A stretch of DNA of 64,000 bases from Octopus sinensis (GCF_006345805.1 NC_043000.1:21328001-21392000); one strand, 5' to 3'; counted from the first letter of the stretch, positions 38,930 to 53,029 are shown. The notes: generated by a model from the sequence alone, not told the origin. Program-made: numbers and translations.

Positions 38930-40020
38930 ATCTCATCTAACCTTTGTAGACGGTTAGCAGTTGTTGGTGAGTGAACTGGGGCTGATTATGAAGGCCAGTT
39001 TTGTGATGCAGTTTTTGCAATGTTAAGGATTAATAATTTCCCGTGAAGATCCTCAGTGACGGTTGTGAATGGGGGATATCTTTTGTGCGACCTTGAGTTT
39101 CCTAGTTTATGCTATGTTGGTCCTATGTTGATTAGGTGGGTAGGTGGGATGTTGTTTTGATATGTCAAGTGATGGTATCTCTGCACTGTTGAATGGAACG
39201 ATTAGTATGACCTCACTGGAGGATATTTCCGAAGTCTCGGTTTCGAGAGCCAGTTTAGATTTAGCCAGGGATGTCTAAGTCGTATGTTAACGGTGCTTGG
39301 GTGTGGAATGTCAGGAAAGAATGAAGGTTATTGTTAAACGTGACGGTAAGTAGATCGTTGAGGTACAGGACAAAGCATAAGGGTCTGGGATTAAACCTTG
39401 CAGCATGCCAGAATTTATGGAGAGAAGAGACGGACAAAGAGAGTTCTTTCTGTACATACTGCGACGGTGCAATCTGACTAGAAATCACTAATCCAAGTGA
39501 CGAGACGGATAGAGCCCTTAGGTTAAGCAGTTTCAAGGGAACCTGTGAACCAGCTATGATCGAATGCTTTGCTGATACTGAGAAAAATAACACAGTTTCA
39601 CCAACTGGGTGAGAACTCGCCGGTGAATGAGCTAATGGAGTAAGTCTACAATAGATCTGGCTTTTAAAAGGCCTTACTGATGGTTATTAAAGAGAGAACG
39701 AGGGTTTCCAAAAGGTTGTCGTTAATGAAAGTCTCTATTATCTTTGAGATATTGAAGGGGAATGTAATAGGGTGATAATTGGCAGGATCAGAGAGGTTGC
39801 CCTTTTTCTGAATTGTACACACCGTAGCATGTTACCATAAATCTGAATATACGTGTGACTGAGAGGGGAGAAATTAAAAGGGTTGGTGAGAATAGAGATT
39901 AGCTTTTGGTTATATCGTTAAAGTGAAATGAAAGGGAGAATGGCAATGCAAGTGGCCTTGATATTTATGTGTGCATAATGGTGAGATTAGAGTAATGAAA
40001 GGGGGAAGCTTCGAGATTTA
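38930..40020 (-). mobile_element. Highly decayed L2/CR1-group LINE RT
   Basis: Minus-strand remnants PLCFVLYLNDLL...LHSF, ISKIIETFIN and ARSIVDLL. Confidence 0.6.
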
Positions 40021-40579
40021 CCCTGCATGCGCAGCATGGAGTTAGATACACACACACACGCACACATACACACATCGAGACATTCCTTTCATTGGTTTTT
40101 GTGTGGAGGTAAGAAAGATTTTGACTCCTTCCAACAGTATCAAGAATGCTCCAGCTGTATCAAGAAATGTTACCCGCTTTTTTCTCTCTGGTTATCTATC
40201 AAAACAGGAGCAGCTGCCACAGCTATTTTGTTTTCTACTTTATAAGGATTTGTCCTTCACTCTTTGTGCCTTACTGGTATACATTTCTGCCACTAATAAG
40301 TATTGTCAGTTTTCCTCTCCAGTTCTCCAATCCTTAAATGTTCTCGACAGTTCATCTCTACCGGAAGTATGTTATTAATATCCATTTGTTCTGTATCCGT
40401 CCAAATCTGGTCCATGTGTCATGCACAGCTCAAATCTACCGTTTCATTTCCAGCTTTAATTCCATCGGCACCTTTCATTCTGAGTTTTCTTATAAATTAT
40501 AATCATTCCACAGAATCCCCTACACCAGCTGTATTGATGCAGAAATAATTTTGTAGTATCATTATGGAATCCAATTTAA

Positions 40580-40745
40580 ATTAAACATGGCGTGAGACCA
40601 AACCACTTTCGTAGCAACCTGCTTATAAACTTTTCTATTTCTTCCATTCTCATTAACGTTACCTCATTCACTTGAAATGACTATAACAGCTTCGTTGAAA
40701 GACCATTTCGATAACATAACATTTTGAACTTCTTTGCCTGATCGA
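40580..40745 (-). mobile_element. HERO-like (RLE-clade) non-LTR retrotransposon fragment
   Basis: KFKMLCYRNGLSTKLL*SFQVNEVTLMRMEEIEKFISRLLRKWFGLTPCL resembles the post-RT region of HERO/R2-group elements, judged from memory. Confidence 0.55.
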
Positions 40746-42066
40746 TATTCTCATTTGCAGTTAGCTCCTACCTTAGTGTCAATTTTTGTTAATGTCAAAA
40801 GGAATAGGAGCTGATAATATCTTATTTTAGAGGTATTTACAGTTATACTTCGTAATCTTTTACTTTTTCGGATCCCCATCGTTTTTATTTAAGACATTCG
40901 TATATATTACATTCATTTTCTCTAAGGTATTTACTGTCCAATTGCAAATATTAGGTGCTATAACAGCTGCATGGTGAGCGGGGTCTGTCAACTTTTTATT
41001 GAATTTTGTTAAAAAGACAACAAAATTATCAGCGCGACTGTAACTAACTGCAACATTGATTTTAGTGGAGATCGTGTAGAACTTATATCTCTCAAGAAAC
41101 ACTTTTATTGAATTTGAAAAAGATCCGACGATGATAGAACCAGCGTTTAAAGTAAAGAGTGGGTTAAACCACACGACTTTCGTTTTCTATTGCTGATTGT
41201 ATTTGTAATGTTCTATCGTTGGATGTATTTTTTCTTTAAAACTGCTCCCTTTGAGTGAGTTGTTATAATAGTTGTCAGCACGGGTTTAAGAGTCTTAGTT
41301 GATATAAAACATAACACTTTATAATATTACTAGCTATATCGCTAAAATATACAAGATAGTGCCTCTCTCTCAATATGCGTTCGTTCGATTTTCTGTATGA
41401 GCAATATTACTCACTGCTTAAATTTAAAATAATAGCTGAGGAGTTAACAGTTTCAAAGTTAGTACTAACATTTATGAAAGAACCAATTAGAACTTTTCTA
41501 AGCCTATCTAATGTGTGAACCTTCATTTTACGAGAGTTAACCAGTCACCTTAAACATTTTAAAGAGATAATCATTTCTATAACCACGCCCTCCACCACCG
41601 TGTTTTAATGGATCTAATTTTTCCCGGAGTGAATTTAGAATGAATGAGCCTAATGAATCATATATTTCAGCTGCAAAAATAAAACATCCCTTCCGGATGT
41701 TAAATAGTTCCAAGCCATTGCATTTGACCCTGATTGCCTCAACCGCAAAAAGATGAGATCTCTTAGAGTGCGTTATTTTAGTGCTTGTATCGTTAATTGG
41801 GTAAATCTACAGGTAAAAAATAAAACTTTAATGTACGTATGTGCGTGATTGGATATTTGTTTATGAGTATATATAAATGTATATGTCTACATCGCTCTCT
41901 CTCTCCATTTTCTCCCTTTCTCCATCTGTATAAGCCTAAATAAACTTGGGCCATGATTTTAAGGGTGAGTAAACTCAGGGGCTTCCCCGGGCAGCTCACA
42001 CTCTAGCTTGCTTTGAATTCGACTTGTAAGACTTTCAATGACTTGATCTCATTCGTCTTTCTGCAG

Positions 42067-42146
42067 ATGGTAACACAATGACACACAACGTTAAAATTGG
42101 TCAGAAAGGTTTCATACCTCAAAACCTTTCACTTGAAGAAGGACAG
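42067..42146 (+). CDS. Cupredoxin-repeat gene exon A (GNTMTHNVKIGQKGFIPQNLSLEEGQ)
   Basis: ctgcag|...CAG|gtatgt, 80 nt, phase 1 to 0. Confidence 0.8.
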
Positions 42147-42499
42147 GTATGTTATGTGGTTTCATTAATCAGTTGCTACATTAAGGGTTTTGTTTCGATG
42201 CTAAGCTTTATGACAGAATGTATCCATGGATGTTTTCTAGGCAATGAGATGTGTAGACAGATGAAAGGGTATTGTCTTAATATTTTTGTGGGCAGAAAAA
42301 GAATGGTCAGCCAGATAAATTCCACACAACTTTATTGGACTTCGTCTGCAACCGAAAAGTGTCTTGAACTGTCTACAGAAACACTGTGGTCATGTGATTT
42401 GTCACATGGTTCGTAGTGTTGTTGATGACGCCTAATGATTTTGGGTGGATATTAATTATTTCACATTCTCTTGGAGTTTCTGAATTTTTATGGCATTAA

Positions 42500-42920
42500 C
42501 TATATACTCTCTTTTCTTTTACTCGTTTACTTGTTTCAGTCATTTGACTGCGGCCATGCTGGAGCACCGCCTTTAATCGAGCAACTCGACCCCGGGACTT
42601 ATTCTTTTTTGTAAGCCCAGTACTTATTCTATCGGTCTCTTTTGCCGAACCGCTAAGTAACGGGGACATAAGCACACCAGCATCGGTTGTCAAGCAATGC
42701 TAGGGGGACAAACACAGACACGCAACCACACACACGCACGTATATATATACATATATACGACGGGCTTCTTTCAGTTTCCGTCTACCAAATCCACTCACA
42801 AGGCTTTGGTCGGCCCGAGGCTATAGTAGAAGACACTTGCCCAAGGTGCCACGCAGTGGGACTGAACCCGGAACCATGCGGTTGGTAAACAAGCTACTTA
42901 CCACACAGCCACTCCTGCGT
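42500..42920 (-). mobile_element. Full SINE family A
   Basis: Reverse complement of 27343-27747. Confidence 0.9.
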
Positions 42921-43144
42921 CTATATATATATATAAACATACATAAACATACACACACATACATAAATACACACATGCGTGCACATACAGAGAAAGTTTC
43001 CTCCACCTCTACATCTATTTGAAGGATAAACAATAATGATATGACATTTTCCAGAAGTAAACAAATTAAATTCAAGAAAAATTACAATAACAACTGGATG
43101 TTTTTTCTGTGAAAAATTATTTTGAAATTTCTGTTTCCTTTCAG

Positions 43145-43192
43145 AGTGTTCTCTTTGAATGGAATGAAAAAACATACGAAAACATAACTCAG
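43145..43192 (+). CDS. Exon B (SVLFEWNEKTYENITQ)
   Basis: tttcag|...CAG|gtatca, 48 nt, phase 0 to 0. Confidence 0.8.
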
Positions 43193-43223
43193 GTATCATA
43201 AATATTATTAATTTTCTATCATT

Positions 43224-43626
<403 letters not shown>

Positions 43627-44593
43627 GGCGGTAAACTGGCAGAATTGTTAGAATGCCGGGCGAAATGCTTAGCGGTATTTCATCTGCCACTACATTCTGA
43701 GTTCAAATAAGTGGCAGATATGCCACTTATTCTGTTAATTCTATAATTTGTGTGACATTGTTCCATTATTATGTCTCTGCTACTTTCAGGAATACTGTGG
43801 CTGTTGGGATATATGTCCACATCCACCCTTAAAATGTAACCAACACTTCTTTGTACAAGATTTTCAGCCCTAGTATCTTACATGAAAAAATCTGCAGGAT
43901 GCTGGGACAAGTTGACTAAGACATGTGGCTTGGTGGTTCTGGTGTTTAGCTTACAATCATAAGGCCATGAGTTCAATTACTTGTTTGGGCAGTCCAGTTT
44001 ATTGTTGAGCATGACATTTCAATTTACACTGCTTCAGTCTACTCACCTCAAGATGCGTACCAGCTAGATGCTGATACAGCTCTCTCTCTCTCTCTTTCTC
44101 TCTCTCTATCTATCTATCTATATCTCTCCCCACCCTCTCTCTCTTTCTCTTTTCCCCCCAGCTGTCACAGTCTGGATTTACAACCAGAACAAAGGTCGGG
44201 AGAGTAAAGACCATGTCTCTCTCTCTCTGCTCACAACTGTAGAGTTACCTAAATCAACTAACTAAAGCATGGTGCATATTATGAAGCTGTAGTTGATCAC
44301 AGAAGATGGCTGCTGCTCTTTACTCGACTGGCACTTTATTTCATTTATCCTGGTGGGATGAAAAACACGTTGACCTTTGCAGGATTTGAAAGCACAGTAT
44401 AGACAAGTGAAACTGTATCTTACAGCAAGACATTTTAGTTGATACTCTAATGAGTCTGCCAATACTGTCTTACCATTTACAGATGTCCACAAAAATAATT
44501 TTCTTTTCTAAATCTGATTAATTTAGCAGTAAAATAAATCAGTGATTTTTAGCAACCTACCATTGCAAAAAAGAAATTTGTATTCCACAATGT

Positions 44594-45418
44594 GGATCTT
44601 TTCCTTTTGAATGGCAGTTTGTAACATAATTTCTAGGTAACTAAAAAGTTTTAAACTTCGTATACAGGTAGAATGCGTTTATAAAACATCATTTTTTCTT
44701 GGCTTTATTGAGAAAATTCTATATATTGTAGCATATTTCGTCTTTAATTTTGAGCGTTTCGGCAATTTTAACCAATCGCTCTCATCCATTTAGGTAAATA
44801 ACATTCTGTGCATAATGATTATGTCCCTCCTTTAAGAAACAGATTGGGTTTATTTACATTTGTGAAGAAAAAAGATACCCTTCCCCCACCCCTAACCCTA
44901 ACCCTAACTCTCACCCTAAATCTAAGATAGATTGAAATGCAATAGATCGATACTAGGGTTATAATTATGGGTGACAATTTCATACGACACTGCTACGGAA
45001 AATGGGATTTTTTTCTAGCGGTGTGAAATGAAAATGTCACCCATAATTATGGCCCTAGTATCGATCTATTGCACTTCAATCTATCTTAGATTTAGGGTTA
45101 GAGTTAGGGTTAGGGTTAGGGGTGGGGGAAGGGTATCTTTTTTACTTCACAAATGTAAATAAACCCAATCTGTTTCTTAAAGGAGGGACATAATCATTAT
45201 GCACAGAATGTTATTTACCTAAATGGAGGTCAGCGATTGGTTAAAATTGCCGAAATGCTCAAAATTAAAGACGAAATATCTTACAACCTATAGAATTTTC
45301 TCAATAAAGCCAAGAGAAAATGATGTTTTATAAACACATTCTACCAGTATACGAAGTTTAAAACTTTTTAGTTACCTAGAAATTATGTTACAAACTGCCG
45401 TTTAAAAGGAAAAGATCC
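44594..45418. mobile_element. 825-bp fully palindromic form of the GGATC-TIR MITE
   Basis: Arms about 44594-45002 and 45008-45418. 8-bp TSD CACAATGT at 44586-44593 and 45419-45426. Confidence 0.9.
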
Positions 45419-45466
45419 CACAATGTAGCCCTAGCAGCCATCTTTCTCTTTGTCCAAACTATTTAA

Positions 45467-45990
45467 CCCCTTGACGTCAACTATTTGACCCCTTGACCCA
45501 AAGCATGTGAGACACCGAGACACTACTCCGGTTCTTTTATCTAATGAGGCCACACAGACACACATGTGCCAACGAGCTCACGTCTATTTACGTTCACCGT
45601 TACAATTACACAGCGTCGTACATTTACGTCTACCGGTTTATGAAAACGAACTATGTGAAGCTATTTATCATAATATGATATGCACAAGTTATTCTGCTCA
45701 AGTCCAAAAAATAGCTTGCGTATGGTATTATGCATGTAAAGTATCCGCATAACATTGATCTACTGTTAGTATCATGACTTGAACGTAACCTAAAATAGCT
45801 AAGATAATGCACGGGACAGAGAGCGCGTGCACCTCAAGAGATAAAGGTACACAACAGTGAATGTGAACATACATCAGCTGCTAAAAAGTCCATGATAGAT
45901 GTAGGGCAGCTCTACATTGTATATTTACATTAACCACGGGTAGGCAAGCAAAAGTGTGATCGCATATTTGCATCAACCATTGTCAAGGGG
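45467..45990. mobile_element. piggyBac-like MITE
   Basis: TTAA|CCCCTTGAC ... GTCAAGGGG|TTAA. Confidence 0.8.
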
Positions 45991-46031
45991 TTAAAAATGT
46001 TTCATTCAAATACGATTCTGTTTAATTCTAG

Positions 46032-46147
46032 ATTGTTCATAATGGGCAAACATTCGTGGCAGTACTCGGCGGTTATGATTTACAGATGCCTCCTGATAGA
46101 TCCTTGGTCCTTCCTTTTAATTTGGAAGGTGAATACACATTTACCCT
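46032..46147 (+). CDS. Exon C (IVHNGQTFVAVLGGYDLQMPPDRSLVLPFNLEGEYTFT)
   Basis: ttctag|...|gtaagt, 116 nt, phase 0 to 2. Confidence 0.8.
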
Positions 46148-47351
46148 GTAAGTATTCCATGTGAAATTCTATTGTGTTTTCTCCTGCAGTTATCAATGGT
46201 CTTTCAAAGAAAAAAAAATTTAATGACAATAAATAGTTTATCAATGAAATGGTTGTAAAATTGTTCTCAATTGGAAACATTGAGCCTTTTCTTAGCCATT
46301 AGATTGTCAAAACATTGCCTTACCCAAGCCATTTCATGATATCCTTCTACACAACACATCTCACTCCTCAAAAGATCTGATATTCCATGTCATTTAACAA
46401 ATTAGATATCCACCAGTTCTATACCAACTTTTGCAGACAGCAAATATTTGCAAACCTTGACTTGCCTGGATATCTGAAGCCATCCTCTTAGATTGATCCC
46501 CTGCCTCCATCACTCACACTATCAAAACCCGTAGTGTCAAGACTAGACATATTAAAATTTATGTTCAAATATGACCAAAAATATTTAATGTGAAAGCCAG
46601 AGCTTGAAAGTAGAACGATTTATTAGTTTCCATTATAATTTATTTCAGAATTGTATTTGTTTACAAGTAATATGATTTGAAATAATTTATTGAAACTTAA
46701 GAAATAACATTATGGAAGTACCATTCCAGCAATTTAATAACACAAAATACTATTAAATTCACTTCAGATATATTTTTTAAGGAGTCGATATTTTCATCCC
46801 ACAACTACGACTTGGTCAGTGATGTAATTCCCCTGCGACTATGTCAGTGACTAGACAGTGGTTGTGTGGTGAAAATTTTGATGGCTCAAAAAAATAAATG
46901 GAAAGAGAATTTAAGAGATTTTGTGTGTTATAAACACATAAGTACCAGCAAAGAGCTGATGCAGTCCTTTCTTCAGCCACCACATCCTCTTCTGAATCTA
47001 GGGATTTAGAAGAGTCCAGAAGGTGTCTGTGTTTGTTTGCAACTACATAGGCAGCTAAAACAATTAGTGAAAGCATGATACATGTTGCCAAATCTTGTTC
47101 ACTCAGAAGTGATGGCTATGGTTTGTGTGTGTGTGTGTGTACTTTTACATTCACAATGCAAATGCATCCTTCCAAAAGGTTCATGCTGTACTGTTTATCT
47201 AAGAATTTTTTTAGAACTTTATATTTTAAGAAAATCTTTGTTCAAAAGTTGTCACTGTATCAAATATTTATTGCAAATATTTTCAAACTTTTAAATATAT
47301 ACATTCATAGAGATAGGCTGACAGGTAGATATGTATGTATATATATGTATA

Positions 47352-47495
<144 letters not shown>

Positions 47496-47536
47496 ATTTA
47501 TCTTAATTTTTCATGTTGTCTCTGCTTCATTCGAAG

Positions 47537-47749
47537 GAATGGCACCGTGGGTCAAATATTAACCATCACTGTTCACCCAAGGCAAGAATACACTATTGAA
47601 GTAACCAATGATGGCTTTCAAGAAGATATTATCAGAATCAGCAAAGGAACCTCTATTAAATGGTACTGGAAGCAATGTGCGGTTCGGCACACGGTTCATG
47701 AAGTTCTATACTGTGTTAGACACGCAAAGTTTTATACTAAATCTCAGAT
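47537..47749 (+). CDS. Exon D (NGTVGQILTITVHPRQEY...KWYWKQCAVRHTVHEV...KSQ)
   Basis: ttcgaag|...|gtaagc, 213 nt, phase 2 to 2. Confidence 0.85.
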
Positions 47750-47906
47750 GTAAGCATTCTTAAATTCTAACACTTTCATCATGTTTGATATTTTCAGCTG
47801 TGGAAGTTCTCATGATGTAATAATAACATTTATTTATTAAAATATTTTATGTTATTCCATAATACTTTTGTACAAAACAAATCAGTACAGGCATGTTGAA
47901 TTATTG

Positions 47907-47938
<32 letters not shown>

Positions 47939-48451
47939 GGTGTATTTGTTGTAAAGTTGATGAACTGGCAGAATTGTTACTGTGGGGGAGAAAAAGCAAG
48001 CAGCATATTTCTCAATCTTTACGATCTTAGTTCAAATTCTGCTTCGCCTTTCATCCTTTTGGGGTTAATAAACAAAGTACCAGTTGGCTACTGGGTTTGA
48101 TGTCATCGACTAGCTACCTCCCCTAATAAATTGCTGCCACTGCTGCTGCTGCTACTGTTGTTGTTGTTGTTGTGTTGTTGTTGTTGTTCTTCTTCTTCTT
48201 CTTCTTCTTCTTCTCCTCCTCCTCCTCTCCTTCTTCTTCTTCTCCACCACTACCTCTTCCCTCTCCTTCACCTCTTTTTCTTCTTTCTTCTTCACTGTCA
48301 TACAAGCGATGTTATTCTTCCACAGACAAAAATATTTCCTTGCTCAGAAACAAGTAAGGGTTGGTGACAGGAATGGCATCCAGCCGTAGAAAACCTGCCT
48401 CGACAAATCCCATCTAACCCATGCAAGCATAGAAATGTTGACATTAAACAA

Positions 48452-48464
<13 letters not shown>

Positions 48465-48482
<18 letters not shown>

Positions 48483-48650
48483 ATTTGGCTCAAAAGCAAA
48501 TAGCAAGGCCATGTAGTGGGACATGGAGTTAAGTACAGGGTGGTGTTCATGTAAAGAGTTCAGGCCACTTGAGGTCAAGGGAGGCTTTGAACAAAGCGGT
48601 CATCGGCATCTTCACCATCTCGTCTGGCAGCTTGTTCCACGGATCCGCAA
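48465..48650 (-). mobile_element. CR1-like LINE 3' end with (TAAC)n tail
   Basis: DPWNKLPDEMVK...FKASLD followed by a 3' UTR and a (TAAC)n tail. Confidence 0.75.
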
Positions 48651-49508
48651 TGATAATGATGATGATGATGTCTATATGGGAAAGTAAACTTGCATACGAT
48701 TGCTCTTTTCTCCTGACTCATACTTAAATCCACAAAAGCAGGACCCACCATGATGTTCATGCAAGCATGCCTGCACCTATGATTAAGAGATTTCTCATAG
48801 GGGCAGGTGTGGCAGTGTAGTTAGGAGTTCGCTTCCTAACCACATGATTCCAGGTTCAGTCCCACTGCATTGCACCTTGGGAAAGTATCATCTATGATAG
48901 CCTAAGGCCGATTTGTGAGGGTATTTGGTAGTCAGAAACTGGAAGAAGTCCATTGTATCCTAGTGTGTGTGTGTGTGTATATTAGTCCAAAATATACTGT
49001 CAGTCCTACTACATTGCACCTTGGGCAAGCGTCTACTACTATAGCCTCAAGCCAACCAAAGCCTGGTGAATAGATTTGGTAAGCACAAACTGAAAAAGCC
49101 TGACATATATAAGTGTGTAAGTGTGTATGCATGTGTGTGTATGTGTGTGTGTGTCTTAGTGCTTGTGTTTATCCCCCCACCACTGTTTCACAACTGGTGT
49201 TGGTTTGTTTACATCCCTGTAACTTAGCAGTTCAGGAAAAGAGTCTGATAGAATAATTACCATGCTTTAAAAAAAGTACAGGTTATAGGGGTCAATTCAT
49301 TTGACAGGTATTTTGCAAGGCAGTGCTCTAGAATGGCTGCAGTTTAATGACTGAGACAAGTAAAAGGATATAAAAAAAAATGGAGTAGGAAGGAGGAAGG
49401 TTAGTCTCAGATCAGAGACTTGGCCTGCATGACTCCAACAGGGTAAACTTTTCTTGACCGCTAAATCCACGAATTCTTTTATTCTCTCTCTGTTTATTTT
49501 CTCTTATT

Positions 49509-49546
49509 CCTTTCTGTTGAAGAGCATAGGCTCGAAACATAAAAGA
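49509..49546 (+). ncRNA. Hammerhead-like fold, A6U family copy 4 (stem III mismatch)
   Basis: CCTTT-CTGTTGA-A-GAGC(ATAG)GCTC-GAAAC-ATA-AAAGA. Confidence 0.4.
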
Positions 49547-49645
49547 CTTTCTCACTTTCCTGAGCATCAAACTAATACACCTGCTTGTTGTTTATACACC
49601 TGTCTTCGTCTTTTGTTTTTCTGTAAATTTCAACTAAACTTTTCT

Positions 49646-49866
49646 AAAGATAGACAGACAGACAGATATGTATGCATATATATACCATTTATCTTAGTTT
49701 TCATGTTGTTTCTGCTTCATTCTAAGGAATGGCACCATGGGTCAAATATTAACCATCACTGTTCACCCAAGGCAAGAACACACTACCGAAGTAACCAATT
49801 ATGGCTTTCAAGAAGATATTATCAGAACCAGAAAAGGAACCTCTATTAAATGGTACTGGAAGCAAT
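49646..49866 (+). pseudogene. Partial duplicate of exon D with its acceptor
   Basis: 49727-49866 matches 47537-47676 with 7 substitutions. The upstream intron sequence is also duplicated. Confidence 0.9.
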
Positions 49867-50434
49867 CTGCTTGGTGACAGGAAAAAGATACAGTACCTTC
49901 AGTAGGCTTCCACACAGTTTCCATCCATCAAATTTCACTCATAAGGCTTAGGTAGGCGGGCTCTGAAAGGGGTCTCAGGGAGTAGCGTCCCTGCCTTCCT
50001 GAGTTAGTTTTCTACCACATTTCTTAAAAACTCATGGTAGAGGCCTTGGTCTTGGAACCACATGTGTCTAGAAACTGAGGTTGTGGGGAAACAAGGGCAT
50101 GCTCCCTGTAGAAAATCCAGCTCCAAAAAAACCTTATGATAGCAAAGGAGAATGGGCACCACTGGGGTGGGCTGCACCTGCTTACCTTGGTTGCTATGGC
50201 ATTAATGTAGATCCAGCCACCCCCTTAACAGGGACAAAACACTGGATGATGATGATAATGAAGGCTATGGTAGAAGAGATTTTTATCAAAGTGCCATGCT
50301 ATGGGATTGAACCAGAAGTTATATAGTGATAAAGTTAACACCGTAACCACTCAACCATGCATGTACCTATATTCTATAATCTATCTGTAAATCTATTATT
50401 CACGTTTTTTTTTTGTTTTGCTTTACTTTTTCAG

Positions 50435-50479
50435 ACCCCAGATGGGAACACTGACAGGAAGTCACCGACAACAATTCAA
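50435..50479 (+). CDS. Exon E (PQMGTLTGSHRQQF)
   Basis: tttcag|...|gtaaat, 45 nt, phase 2 to 2. Confidence 0.7.
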
Positions 50480-50546
50480 GTAAATAAGTTTTTCTTGTAT
50501 TTAACATTCCTACAGCCTTTCTCCATCAATATAATAGCAAATTATT

Positions 50547-50619
<73 letters not shown>

Positions 50620-51419
50620 CACACACACACACGCACCACATATACACACATACACACATATAATAAAGACCCCTTCTCTTTGGTTATGAATCACCATGGG
50701 ATTGCACATAGATAGTTCCCCTCCGAGGCAGAAATCTGGGCAAGGTTGTTTGTAGAAGACAACCCTGGCATGCCAGTCCCTCTCTCCACACCAACGATGT
50801 TGTCTAAAGGAAAGGCAAAGGCCAGTACAGCTTGACAGCAGTGATATTGCAACTCACTTCTGCAGCAGGATGAACTGGAGCAAGGTGAAATAAAGTGTCT
50901 TGCTCAAGAACACAACACACAGCCATGTCTGAGAACCAAATTTACAACTTACAACTTCATGATTGTAAACCTGTTGCTCTTACTACTAAGCCATGCATCT
51001 TCAGCAACCATTATACACTAACTTCAGAAATATTTCATGTTAAATACATGAAGAACACACAACTTTGTGATATCCTCAGAACTGCCACCAGGAAAACAGC
51101 CATAGTGTGTCCTTGAGCAAGACTTTTTATTTCATGTTGTTCTAGTTCACTTAGCTGGCAAAAATAAGTAGTAGTTGTATTTCAAAGGGCCAGCCTTGTC
51201 ACATTCTGTGTCTCACTGAATCTCCCTGAGAACTACACTAAGGGTGTGCTTGTGGAGTGCTTACTCACTTGCATATTACTTTGATGAGCAGGCTGTTCCG
51301 GGGATTGGATCAACTGGAACCCTCATCATTATAACCAATGGAGTTCCCGTAGTGGAACTACATAATGGAACTATATCAGTTATAAGTTATAAGTGAACCT
51401 AACAGTTTTTGTGCGTTTT

Positions 51420-51695
51420 CTTTTTCTTTTTGCCCTTTTCAAGCCTAGCTAGGATCATGGGCCCGGTTTCCCAGTTTCTATGGCATATGTGTTCCCCCTA
51501 GCATTACTCAAGAAACAGGAAAAAAGAGTGAGAGAAAGTTGGGGCGAAAGAGTACAACAGGGGTTGCCACCACCCCCTCATGGAGCTTTAGGTGTTTATG
51601 CTCAATAAACACACACAACGCCCAGCCTGAGAATCAAAACCGCACTCCTCCAACTGCGAGTCTGCTGCCCTAACCACTGGGCCATTGCGCCTCCA
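51420..51695 (-). mobile_element. SINE family B-like, CpG-decayed
   Basis: Reverse complement of the family B head. Confidence 0.8.
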
Positions 51696-53029
51696 CTTTT
51701 GTGTTTTAAATCACTAAAATAACTTTTCCAAGATGGGAAGTGAAAATAGTTAACATAAACATAACAGCCCTATCACAACACATAAGACACTACATGCTTT
51801 GTTTGTCGTTTAGAGAGCTGATCTGCCCTCCCACTATCACTCTGTATTTAGCTTGCTCTGACTATTCCTCTAGCCTCCATCTTCATCCTGGTTACATCAA
51901 CCAATTTATTGTCCAAGCTAGATTCCTTTCTCTGGTCTGTTGCTCTGAAGCCATCTATCATCTCTCTAATCTCTATTCTGACAGGTGAATAAACAACGAC
52001 GAAACCACATCAATTTACTTATGTAAGTCGATGATGCAATCTGTTCCTTTTAGCCAACAGACTTGGATATGTAATTTGTAAGTTTGCTTCAAAGCCAAGT
52101 GGTTTCCAGTTCAATTCCACTATGCAGCATATTGGTCATGTGTTTTTTTTTTTTTTCCATAGCCTTAGATTGACCAAAGCCTTTTGAGGGAAAATTTTAA
52201 AATGAAAATGATGTGGAAAACATCAGAAAATAATTTCTGTACCTGAGTTTAACATACCCACGTGGTTCTTGTATGATTTTTGGGAGGTTCACTCTCTTGC
52301 AAAGATTTCTTTCCTCCTACCAATCCTGGAGGCCCTGAAAATGGTCAAGGGATTGGCCTTTCATTCTCTTGCTAAGCAATTAGAAGAAAAACAAGAAAAC
52401 TTAATATTGATACCATTTAGAATTCCTGTGTCAACATCATTGTCACCACCATCATCATCCTCATCATCATTACCATCATTATCATTACCATCATCATCAT
52501 CATCTTTCTAATGTCCACTTTTCCATGCTTGCATGGATTAGACAGGCATTATTGAAGCAGATTTTTCTATGGGTGGATGCCCTTCCCATTTCCAACCCTC
52601 ACCTGTTTCCAAGCAAAGTAATATTTACCCATGGCCAGGCGTGTTTGCACAGAATACTGGAAGTGAATGACATTCATTTACAACACTCATATGATGTCAA
52701 ATCAAAGAAACATTCACTCACACTCACACTCACACATACTCACACACACACACTCACACACACGCATATATACTTATATACAATGGACTCCTTTCAGTTT
52801 TTGTCTTCTGAATCCACTCACAAGGTTTTGGTTGGTTTGAGACTATTGGAGAAGTCACTTGCCTAAGGTGCCAAAGCACAGGGCTGAACCCAAAACCATG
52901 TGGTTGGGAAACACACATTTTACCACACAGTTACTCCTGACATGACAAGCTTCTTTCAGTTTCCACCTACCAAATCCACTCACTGGGCTTTGATTGGCCT
53001 GGGGCTATAGTAGAAGGCAACTCGCATCC

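Noticed and set aside
40860-41174. 104-aa minus-strand ORF
   Set aside because: No recognisable motif or splice structure, and adjacent to decayed LINE sequence.
43790-43870. AG-preceded segment EYCGCWDICPHPPLK as an extra exon
   Set aside because: No good donor, not needed for frame, and does not fit the repeat pattern.
46148-46189. 42-nt mini-intron and following exon
   Set aside because: It leads to an in-frame stop. The donor at 46148 splices in frame to 47537 instead.
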